Shown: positions 26,777 to 34,200 of the stretch, piece after piece
Numbering within the stretch: position 1 is the stretch's first letter
How the letters are laid out: each line of letters starts with the position of its first letter
IMG/VR virus record: IMGVR_UViG_3300035666_000100
Span: 1-34,200 of that record
Direction: 5' to 3' (one strand)
Length of the DNA stretch: 34,200 nt
DNA from: a virus
Translations under genes and position numbers: made by a program
The notes under the pieces: generated by a model
What the model was told of the DNA's origin: nothing
Database searches by the model: none
Seen by the model: only the letters and a program-made list of their open reading frames with translations

Positions 26777-27311
26777 ATGTGCAGCTATCTATCTGGGAAT
26801 AATGTGGGCTTTGGAAATGTTTTTCCCAGAATTTGATTATTTTGGAATCAGACCAGGAGTGGAAGGCATAGGAATGTTAGGAATTATAACCTCGCCATTC
26901 CTGCACGGAGACCCCCAACACTTGATAGGGAACACAGTCGGATATTTGCCATTGGCAACCCTGACAATTTTCAAAGCCCCTGGAAAATTCAATTACAACT
27001 TTTGGGTGATTTCAGTAATTGAAGGTTTTGGTGTTTGGTTCTTTGGTCAACCTGGTTCAAATCATATAGGAGCAAGCGGGGTGATATATGGTTTTTTTGG
27101 ATTTTGTCTTCTTAGTGCTGTCTTTCGTCTTGATTTTCCTAATCTGGTATGCGCTGTCATTACCTGGGTAATATTTCAAGGTTTGATCGGCGGAATGCTG
27201 CCATCGGTTGCGCAAGGGATTAGTTGGGAAGGTCATCTGGCAGGGTTTATTGGTGGTGCGATAGCGGGGTATTTAGATGCAAATTCTCAAAGAAAATTGG
27301 AGGCAAATTAA
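26760..27311 (+). CDS. Rhomboid-family intramembrane serine protease
   Basis: 'HGDPQHLIGNTVGYL', catalytic 'HIGASGVIYGFFGFCLL', 'SWEGHLAGFIGGAIAGYL'; multiple TMs; start at MLKDFKCAAIYLGIMW. Confidence 0.9.
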   Translation: MLKDFKCAAIYLGIMWALEMFFPEFDYFGIRPGVEGIGMLGIITSPFLHGDPQHLIGNTVGYLPLATLTIFKAPGKFNYNFWVISVIEGFGVWFFGQPGSNHIGASGVIYGFFGFCLLSAVFRLDFPNLVCAVITWVIFQGLIGGMLPSVAQGISWEGHLAGFIGGAIAGYLDANSQRKLEAN

Positions 27312-27578
27312 ATGTATTTGCAACAATCTGAAACCCAGACCTCCCCCCAGATAACAGGATTGATGGTATTTAATTGGTCAATGGGTTTGCTGAGTTTATT
27401 GTTAGTTGGTTTGATAACTTCTGAAGTTGTCAGGCTAATCAATAAACCAACAGAGGAGTTTCAAAAGTTTGTAGCCGTAGCCAACCTTTCAGGTTATGAA
27501 AAATGCCTGAAAAACAAAGGTGGCGAAGGGTGCAAAGAACAGCTAATTATTGAATGGAGAAAAAGAAATGGCAACTAA
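27312..27578 (+). CDS. Small membrane protein
   Basis: TM 'WSMGLLSLLLVGLITSEVVRLI'. Confidence 0.45.
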   Translation: MYLQQSETQTSPQITGLMVFNWSMGLLSLLLVGLITSEVVRLINKPTEEFQKFVAVANLSGYEKCLKNKGGEGCKEQLIIEWRKRNGN

Positions 27579-28083
27579 ATTAGACGGTTTACGCAATCGT
27601 TTTTCAACTGGAAACATTATCAAAGAAGCTGGCACGGGCGCTAATTTCTCTAAAGTGATGAGTCCAACAGGAAAAGGTGATATCACGCCTTATAACCGTG
27701 AACGCTCCTATGCAGGAACCGATGAATTTGACCAACAGTTTAATATTTCTGACCGAGTTAACCCATCTGAAAATGAAGCTAAGGGAGCTAAGATTATTGC
27801 CGAAAATGCAATCAAAGCAGCATCAAATAAAAAGGTAATTGTCGAAGCTCAATTGAAAGTTGACAAAGCACGGACTGAATGGTACGAAGCTGACCAACAA
27901 TATGTTAAAGGTGTGGCAGAAGGTTCATTGAAACGTTTTGAGGAAAAGATTCAAACTCAAAAAATGTTAGATGGTCAAGCTCCTAAATATATGCAAATCG
28001 TTGGTAATTACGCTAACGAAAATGTAGGGGCTGTTAACGTGATGCGCCAGTTGGACAAAATTGAAAACTCGATGAAACTGTAA
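27568..28083 (+). CDS. Hypothetical helical protein
   Basis: Start MATKLDGLRNRF preferred; charged helical composition. Confidence 0.5.
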   Translation: MATKLDGLRNRFSTGNIIKEAGTGANFSKVMSPTGKGDITPYNRERSYAGTDEFDQQFNISDRVNPSENEAKGAKIIAENAIKAASNKKVIVEAQLKVDKARTEWYEADQQYVKGVAEGSLKRFEEKIQTQKMLDGQAPKYMQIVGNYANENVGAVNVMRQLDKIENSMKL

Positions 28084-28119
28084 ATTTATTTGGGGGTGAA
28101 ACATTCCCCCAATCAAAAC

Positions 28120-28473
28120 ATGAAACTATGGAAAGTCAAAAAGTTTTCAATCTTTGGAACAGGTTTATCTTGTTCCTTTTTGTTATCACATTTTGCTTTG
28201 CTTTATCCTGAAGCTAGAGTATTGCTAATTTGTCTTTATCTGGGTTCAATCGTTGGTAGTGTTATTTTATATTTAATTTCTGACAATCAAGAATCTGTAA
28301 ACTCTGATGAATTAGTTTTTGGTGCTATAGCTTTATTGATTGGTGTTTTTTATGCTTTAGGAATAGGTCAATCTTGGATAGTTTTAAGATTATTATTATG
28401 GATTTTATTGTTGATTGTCACTGTTTCAATTTGGATATATTTCACATTACCTCAACCTGAAAATAATGAATAA
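28120..28473 (+). CDS. Hypothetical multi-pass membrane protein
   Basis: Four hydrophobic segments; start MKLWKVKKF. Confidence 0.5.
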   Translation: MKLWKVKKFSIFGTGLSCSFLLSHFALLYPEARVLLICLYLGSIVGSVILYLISDNQESVNSDELVFGAIALLIGVFYALGIGQSWIVLRLLLWILLLIVTVSIWIYFTLPQPENNE

Positions 28474-30364
28474 CTCAACTACACCTGAACATTTAAAAAA
28501 TCCTCACCTGTCAGCATGGTCAATAGGTCTAACCATCGCTGGTTGTAGTCTGGCGATGTTTTCACCTTTGGCAATCAACAAAAACCCACAGTTAGGGATT
28601 GTTGGTACATCTGCGGGTGCGGTGCTATCCATTGCGGGGTGGGTGATGGGGAGCCAATCAGAGAAATCAATCAAGCTACAAGCCAAGGTAGAGGAGCAAA
28701 CCGAGGCTATATTCCTGCGGCGGTTGGGGATGGAATATGAGTTAGAAAAATTTAGGGATATTAGATATTTGAACGAAAGTCAGCAAGCGATCGCGCAGCC
28801 TAAAAGCCATGATCAAACATTACCACCATCGCAACAAAGACGGTCGGATGACAATGAAGGGAATCTTCACCGGAGTCAATTGATGGTTTTAGACCGAGAG
28901 AGTCCTGTGGAATATAATCAAGAGAATCATGATATCTATTCAGATGAACTATCATTTATTCCTTGCGATATTCCCTCCAATCATATCTTAAACTTCTATA
29001 ACTGGGATAAGTTAGCCGATGAGTCTTCGGGAATATTAATCGGGGGAAATTCTGGGAGCGCAAAAACATCTCTAGGTGCTGGTTTCGTGATTGGCAAACT
29101 AACTGAGCATAAACCCGCCGAGGTGATTGTTTTGGATATCCACGCTTCAAAAAACCCTATCTGGCAACAAATGGGTTTCCCTAGGGTTGAATCAGATGTT
29201 GAAATAATTTATCAGATTTTGTGCTGGCTAATTGAAGAAGTCGAAAACCGAAAAGAAAAAGACGGGCATTCTATCATTGTCTGCTTGGATGAAATCAATG
29301 ATACGATGTCCGAGTTAGCACAATTAGACACTATCAAACCATTGCAAAACAAGGAAAAAAGAGTTAAGACTTTTACTTATGCGATTCGGAAACTTTCTAA
29401 TGCTAGAAAATTTGATATTTGTTTAATCGGTTTCATGCAAAGTCATAACACCGAAGCAATAGGAATTGATGGGAAGTTTAGAAATAATTTCCTTTTAATT
29501 CTTTGTGGTGCTAGTGCTAGGAGTGAGATTCAAAACTTGTGGAAACATGACACCCCTGAATTTCAGTACATCCAAAGTGCTGCCTATCCTGTTGTTGTTT
29601 GTGGTTCTAATCAGCATCAAATCGCAGAACACCCAACGCATAAACATCATCTTGAGTATAGAAAAAAAGGCAATGCTCCTGATGGTTTATTAAATCCTAT
29701 TTTTTTAAATAAACCAATAGATGTTAAAATAGTTCCATCACCTAATATCAATCTAAAAAAAGATGATGTTCCTAAAGTGCTACAATCAATAAATCCCTTA
29801 GATTGTAATACCTGGCAATCAATAGATTATCCCAGTGGCTTGCAATGGCTACCACAACACGAAGCGGGAGTATATTGTGTATTTGTTAGCGGTTATCAAA
29901 ACCCTCTTTATGTAGGTCAATCTAAAGACCTTTGGAGACGTTGGAACAATAAAGGTGACTGGGAACATCATGTTAAAAAACATCTTGAATCAATTGGTGA
30001 CGTATCGGTGAAAATAGCTTTTTACATCACAAAAAATTGGGATGAGCAAAAACGTTTAACTCTTGAGTCAGAATTACAAGCTAAATATAAACCTTCGTGG
30101 AATGGAACAGCTAACAAAACATTACCCGATAAAACACTTTCTGAATCGGCTCAAGCGGTGTTTAATTTCATCAAGGAAATATTTAAGGGTGAACCTATAC
30201 CAGCCCGTGACTGTTACCGCAAATCATCACTCAGAACTCAGTTTGGATTAAATGCTGAAACTACTGAGTTGATATTTGATGAATTGCAAAATTTTGGTTT
30301 AGGTCAAAAACTAATCAAGGAAATTAATGGTTTCAGAAGTGTAAACTTTTTACCTGATATGTAG
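28466..30364 (+). CDS. HerA/FtsK-like P-loop ATPase fused to a C-terminal GIY-YIG-like nuclease domain and winged-helix-like tail
   Basis: N-terminal TMs; Walker A 'GGNSGSAKTSLGAG'; Walker B 'SIIVCLDEIND'; GIY-YIG-like 'GVYCVFVSGYQNPLYVGQSKDLWRRW...ESELQAKYKPSWNGT'; start MNNSTTPEHLK. Confidence 0.75.
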   Translation: MNNSTTPEHLKNPHLSAWSIGLTIAGCSLAMFSPLAINKNPQLGIVGTSAGAVLSIAGWVMGSQSEKSIKLQAKVEEQTEAIFLRRLGMEYELEKFRDIRYLNESQQAIAQPKSHDQTLPPSQQRRSDDNEGNLHRSQLMVLDRESPVEYNQENHDIYSDELSFIPCDIPSNHILNFYNWDKLADESSGILIGGNSGSAKTSLGAGFVIGKLTEHKPAEVIVLDIHASKNPIWQQMGFPRVESDVEIIYQILCWLIEEVENRKEKDGHSIIVCLDEINDTMSELAQLDTIKPLQNKEKRVKTFTYAIRKLSNARKFDICLIGFMQSHNTEAIGIDGKFRNNFLLILCGASARSEIQNLWKHDTPEFQYIQSAAYPVVVCGSNQHQIAEHPTHKHHLEYRKKGNAPDGLLNPIFLNKPIDVKIVPSPNINLKKDDVPKVLQSINPLDCNTWQSIDYPSGLQWLPQHEAGVYCVFVSGYQNPLYVGQSKDLWRRWNNKGDWEHHVKKHLESIGDVSVKIAFYITKNWDEQKRLTLESELQAKYKPSWNGTANKTLPDKTLSESAQAVFNFIKEIFKGEPIPARDCYRKSSLRTQFGLNAETTELIFDELQNFGLGQKLIKEINGFRSVNFLPDM

Positions 30365-30408
30365 TAGAACCCCTGATTTATCCTATAAGCAAAGCAAAAC
30401 ACAAGCCC

Positions 30409-30739
30409 ATGAATTATCCCGAAGTAGTCGAATCAGTCTACAGTCAAATCCTGTTAATCCCAGAACCCAATCCCATCCCCAAAAACAAAGACTTTATTTT
30501 GATGGCACTCTATCACCGGACGACAAACCCTAAAGCCAAATACCCCCCGTGAAGGGGCTGTCAAAACCATTCTTGATCTTGGTTTAGAGTTTGCTCCTGT
30601 TGAGGATTGGAACATCAGCTTAGAGGATTACAACGCCGCCAAACTAAACCAACAAACCCGATGGTTGGCGTGGCGAGAGGGGCTAACACCTGTTAACTCA
30701 GGGATGAAGAAAACTATAGATAATGAACAGGAGTTTTAA
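30409..30739 (+). pseudogene. 'YPEVVE' family protein (copy B) split by a frameshift at a C6 run (30543-30548)
   Basis: MNYPEVVESVYSQILL...KAKYPP* ; removing one C gives ...KYPREGAVKTILDLGLEFAPVEDWNISLEDYNAAKLNQQTRWLAWREG... to a TAA directly before the 30740 ATG. Confidence 0.5.
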
Positions 30740-31012
30740 ATGAAAAAATCCAAACCAAAATCAGACTATCCAGAGATTGTCGAGTTAGTTGTTGATACTG
30801 CCAGAAAGCGCGGCGGGAATCAATTATTAACAGATGTCAATTGGGTAACTAAGACCTTGTTCAAATATCAGAATGGTGTGATTCCCTTGACTGATACCGA
30901 CTCCGATTGCGTCAGGATTGGAGAGGAGTTAAGACCCCGTTATAAGTGGCAGATCACCAGAGATCATGTAGCTTTTGCTAATCAGAATAGTATTAAGAAG
31001 GGATGGAAATAG
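30740..31012 (+). CDS. 'DYPEIV...WVTxTLFxYQ' family protein (copy C)
   Basis: 90-aa ORF similar to 26480-26776. Confidence 0.6.
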   Translation: MKKSKPKSDYPEIVELVVDTARKRGGNQLLTDVNWVTKTLFKYQNGVIPLTDTDSDCVRIGEELRPRYKWQITRDHVAFANQNSIKKGWK

Positions 31013-31308
31013 TTATGAAAGATTTGGAAAGTTTGCTGAATGAAGTAGAAGAAATATCGAAAGAAATAGCTAGTCATCATTACACTATTTTTAGATTTAG
31101 TAGTCATTTTAAGGGTGCTTTTGGAACGCCTGACAGACTAAGACTTGAGTTGCCACACCTTCCGGGTTTTGGTACGTTGAGAGAATTATTGATCTGGATG
31201 ATTGGTGAACAAGTTAATTTCTGGGATATCGAAACAGAGAATATCGAGGGTTTTAGAATTCACAATGGGGTTTATTACAAAGAGGAAGATTTTACCAATG
31301 ACATCTAG
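31003..31308 (+). CDS. Hypothetical protein
   Basis: 101-aa ORF; overlaps flanking genes by a few nt. Confidence 0.45.
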   Translation: MEIVMKDLESLLNEVEEISKEIASHHYTIFRFSSHFKGAFGTPDRLRLELPHLPGFGTLRELLIWMIGEQVNFWDIETENIEGFRIHNGVYYKEEDFTNDI

Positions 31309-31609
31309 GGAACAATTAGAATATATTTGGTTAGTTGATAGCTTGGTTTTATCTGAAACAGGGAAACACATTGACAGTTTAACCAGGAAAATTATTGAGG
31401 GGATATTAACAGATAATACCTATTCAGAGATAGGTGAAAAGTTAGGCTATGATCCGGGTTATATTGGCGATAAAACAAGAATAATGCTTAGGATTTTGAG
31501 CAAAAAGACTGGCGAAATAGTTAATAAACAAAACTTTTCCTGGGTACTTGAAAGGGTTTTAAATGTTGCCCACAGTCCATCAATCATTAACCTTGCAAAT
31601 ATAAAATAA
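31298..31609 (+). CDS. Stand-alone HTH resembling the N-terminal domain of cyanobacterial STAND/vWA-MoxR-associated proteins
   Basis: 'LTRKIIEGILTDNTYSEIGEKLGYDPGYIGDKTRIMLRILSKKTGEIVNKQNFSWVLERV'. Confidence 0.6.
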   Translation: MTSREQLEYIWLVDSLVLSETGKHIDSLTRKIIEGILTDNTYSEIGEKLGYDPGYIGDKTRIMLRILSKKTGEIVNKQNFSWVLERVLNVAHSPSIINLANIK

Positions 31610-32181
31610 TGATCAATACTTTCATCGGAATTGACCCAGGAAAAACCGGAGGAGTTGCTATCATCTCTCCATCGGGAATCAAACTCATTGATTGTCCAGT
31701 TATTGAGATAAAAACTAAGGTTAAAAGCAAAAAGCCAAACCTCACGCTATTTAATCAGGTTGCGGACAAGGGAACAGTCAAGTCCAAAACTAAAATCACA
31801 ACGAAGTCAAGCCCTGCATTAATGGCATCGGAGTTAGCACAGTCAATTACCTCAAACTCAATAATCGCCATAGAGAGCGTTCATTCAATGCCAGGACAGG
31901 GAGTTAGATCAACCTTTGATTTTGGGATGAATTTTGGCATCTGGTTGGGAGTGATCGCAGCGTTAAATATTCCTATGGAGTTGGTGACCCCTCAAGAATG
32001 GAAAAAGCATTATGGCTTGATAGGGAAAGACAAGGACGCATCAAGGATTATTGCGGTGCAGTTATTCCCCCAGATGGCTATGGAATTGAAGCTCAAGAAA
32101 TACAACGGTCGGGCGGAGGCACTTCTCCTTGCTGAATATCTGCGGCGCAAAGCAGGAGGCCAGGACAAAGTAGGAGTATAG
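31609..32181 (+). CDS. RuvC-like crossover junction endonuclease (RNase H fold)
   Basis: 'FIGIDPGKTGGVAII', 'IIAIESVHSMPGQGVRSTFDFG', 'VTPQEWKKHYGL..DKDASR', 'NGRAEALLLAEYL'. Confidence 0.8.
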   Translation: MINTFIGIDPGKTGGVAIISPSGIKLIDCPVIEIKTKVKSKKPNLTLFNQVADKGTVKSKTKITTKSSPALMASELAQSITSNSIIAIESVHSMPGQGVRSTFDFGMNFGIWLGVIAALNIPMELVTPQEWKKHYGLIGKDKDASRIIAVQLFPQMAMELKLKKYNGRAEALLLAEYLRRKAGGQDKVGV

Positions 32182-32253
32182 GGTTTCTAGTCTTTGCCAA
32201 ATAAAAAGCACTTCTAAATTAATAGAGGTGCTTTTTAGATCGTCAATCCATGT

Positions 32254-32550
32254 TTACTTTTTTATTTTAGCTTTTTTCCATGCTGCATTAACTTTTATTA
32301 GCAACCCAGGAAATGTCCGACTCCAAAGAATCCCAGACAAAGCAAATCCAATCATGGCAGCTTTTGTACAAGGGTCGCATCTAAAATCAAATCCCCCACT
32401 TCGACCGTCTAAGGTTTGATAAACTATCACTTCATTGTCAGCACTTGCGTCTTTTGTCATGCTTTTGAGCCACTTAACAAAAATATCAAGGTCGGATTCA
32501 AAAACCATCTGAGTAATCTTATCTTCCAATAATTCCAACGCTTCTTTCAT
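32254..32550 (-). CDS. Hypothetical protein
   Basis: 98-aa ORF. Confidence 0.4.
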   Translation of the reverse strand: MKEALELLEDKITQMVFESDLDIFVKWLKSMTKDASADNEVIVYQTLDGRSGGFDFRCDPCTKAAMIGFALSGILWSRTFPGLLIKVNAAWKKAKIKK

Positions 32551-32571
32551 AATCTATTTTTGATTAAATTA

Positions 32572-33120
32572 CTACCATTTAGAAGTTTGACAAACAATTC
32601 CCCAACCCTCAAAAATTTCCTCAAATCTTTGAGGTTGCAATCCAAAATAAAACAGGGTTTGGGAGAACCTGTTTTGGTCTTGTTTTTTTCCTTCCGCCGC
32701 CCGTTTGGGACTGTAGAATGTGAGTCGGGTTGAGGGTAGGCAGAAGCGATCGCACCGATTCAAAGCCTTTTTATACCAGGCTGTACTGTTGTCAGTATTG
32801 GTTAACAAAAGGGCTTCCGCTTCCGTCTCGTTCAGGGTTTGAATTAATTTGTCAACAACCTTCTCAACAAATCCCGCGCTGTAGGGAGGGTTTAACCAGA
32901 GTGTCTTAGCCCTCCAGTTCTGTTTAAATCCATCATCTTGAATTGTGAATATCTTTTGAGCTTTTACCGTTCGGTTGGCAAGTTCACAGCTAAAAGGGTC
33001 TAATTCAGGAAATCCATAAAACTCATGGACTAAATCAATCAAATCAGACGGGGTATAATTTTCGTTTGAATCAAGAATTACGGGTTGTGTTTCAAATAGT
33101 GAAAGTTGTTGTATAATCAT
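32572..33120 (-). CDS. Phage-type DNA N6-adenine methyltransferase (Dam-like)
   Basis: 'NENYTPSDLIDLVHEFYGFPELDPFS', catalytic 'TLWLNPPYS'. Confidence 0.8.
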   Translation of the reverse strand: MIIQQLSLFETQPVILDSNENYTPSDLIDLVHEFYGFPELDPFSCELANRTVKAQKIFTIQDDGFKQNWRAKTLWLNPPYSAGFVEKVVDKLIQTLNETEAEALLLTNTDNSTAWYKKALNRCDRFCLPSTRLTFYSPKRAAEGKKQDQNRFSQTLFYFGLQPQRFEEIFEGWGIVCQTSKW

Positions 33121-33244
33121 TATGTTGTTGCTTTGTGTGTTTGCTTTTTAAAAGTATCTGAGATTCTCTACAAACTCAGATACTTTTTCTTTATTATAAG
33201 GTATTTGTGTTAAAATAAATATTAACTTAGATGTTAGTAAAATT

Positions 33245-33517
33245 ATGAAATCAGAAAATAAGAAATGTGGTTTTGCTGCTATGAGCCCAGAAAAACGTCG
33301 GGAGGTTTCTAGCAAAGGGGGTAAAGCATCTCACGATAAAGGAACGCTTCATAAATTCACGCCAGACGAGTGTAGCGATGGTGGGGTTTCCACATCACGA
33401 AACAAAGACTACATGACTGAGATAGGTCGTAAAGGCGGCAAGACATCTCGTGATAAAGGAACACTGTACAAGTTCACTTCTGAAGATTGCAGAAAAGCGT
33501 GGAAAAGATCAACATGA
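33245..33517 (+). CDS. KGG-repeat stress-type small protein
   Basis: 'SPEKRREVSSKGGKASHDKGTLHKFT' and 'IGRKGGKTSRDKGTLYKFT'. Confidence 0.7.
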   Translation: MKSENKKCGFAAMSPEKRREVSSKGGKASHDKGTLHKFTPDECSDGGVSTSRNKDYMTEIGRKGGKTSRDKGTLYKFTSEDCRKAWKRST

Positions 33518-33547
33518 ACAAATTTAGATAAGAATTGAGGAAATAGA

Positions 33548-33715
33548 ATGACAACAGAAACAGCACTAACGGAAATAGCTGCGCCGTCGATTGTGGGGTA
33601 TTTACTCGACAATCAAGGAAAGACAATTAAGTGCAAAGCAACGATAAACTCAAAGGGATATATAGTTTTTTATCCCGTGGACGAGGAGTGCGATCGCAAT
33701 GCCAACAACGACTGA
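33548..33715 (+). CDS. Small hypothetical protein (not in ORF track)
   Basis: MTTETALTEIAAPSIVGYLLDNQGKTIKCKATINSKGYIVFYPVDEECDRNAND-like 55-aa ORF. Confidence 0.3.
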   Translation: MTTETALTEIAAPSIVGYLLDNQGKTIKCKATINSKGYIVFYPVDEECDRNANND

Positions 33716-33766
33716 TTATGTTAATGTTTTCGTGTTATAATAATATTGGTGGAAAGATTCTCTCTT

Positions 33767-33798
33767 AAAGCTACCCGGCATCCGCTTGGTGGCTTTTT
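33767..33798 (+). terminator. Intrinsic-terminator-like hairpin
   Basis: AAAGCTACC-N12-GGTGGCTTTTT. Confidence 0.6.
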
Positions 33799-33870
33799 GT
33801 TTTATGGGTTTGGGTGTTAGAATATTATTGGAGAGATCAGAGGGAGAAATGCCAACGACAACTGATTGTG

Positions 33871-34197
33871 TTAGCTCCGATTGTAGAATGGTGATAAATA
33901 AACCGAGGGATGAAACGGAATTAAATCTATCCCTGGTTTAAAAATATATGGAATATTTCCCACACCCGTACCTTCAGGAACTATTAAACTGTTACCATTT
34001 AATAATCCAATCATTTTAGAATTAATATCTAATTCGGTATTTAAGTGTAATTTTGTTTTTTCAAATAAACTACCATTATTTTTAATTTTAATACTCCATA
34101 ATCCCGTAGGATATAAAGCTAAAATACTACCATTACCTAATAATGAAACACCTTTACAAGTTGCATCATTTGGGTCAATACTATTTGAATTAATCAA
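33871..34197 (-). CDS. Hypothetical protein, may extend beyond window
   Basis: 108-aa ORF running close to the window edge. Confidence 0.4.
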   Translation of the reverse strand: MINSNSIDPNDATCKGVSLLGNGSILALYPTGLWSIKIKNNGSLFEKTKLHLNTELDINSKMIGLLNGNSLIVPEGTGVGNIPYIFKPGIDLIPFHPSVYLSPFYNRS

Positions 34198-34200
34198 ACT

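Overview
This 34.2 kb window looks like part of a cyanobacterial mobile genome, either a phage, prophage or phage-plasmid. Evidence includes HIP1-like GCGATCGC sites, a tail-fibre-like repeat protein, an antirepressor-like gene, an NblA-like ORF overlapping thymidylate kinase, ThyX, a DnaB helicase, C5 and N6-adenine methyltransferases, and a RuvC-like nuclease. The central observation is a 19-repeat, 18-spacer CRISPR array (10017-11378) with no cas1, cas2 or cas effector gene in the window. It lies 98 bp beyond the 3' end of a full-length IscB (RRXRR/RuvC + HNH, 11477-12775, minus strand). About 250 nt of non-coding sequence upstream of iscB contains several hairpins and is a candidate omegaRNA. 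Its 5' end has a 13-nt stretch (13015-13027) that can pair with the CRISPR repeat using only Watson-Crick and G.U pairs. That stretch sits exactly where transcription should start from a TACAAT -10 box. Together these suggest a CRISPR-associated IscB using a tracrRNA-like omegaRNA. Other notable items are a + strand cassette (24.9-30.4 kb) of small membrane proteins, a rhomboid protease and an ATPase fused to a GIY-YIG domain; three paralogous 'YPEIV' proteins, one frameshifted at a C6 run; a tRNA 3'-half fragment with terminator (possible att site); and a 13-bp-stem hairpin in a divergent intergenic region. All family assignments are from motif recognition by eye. No database search was run.
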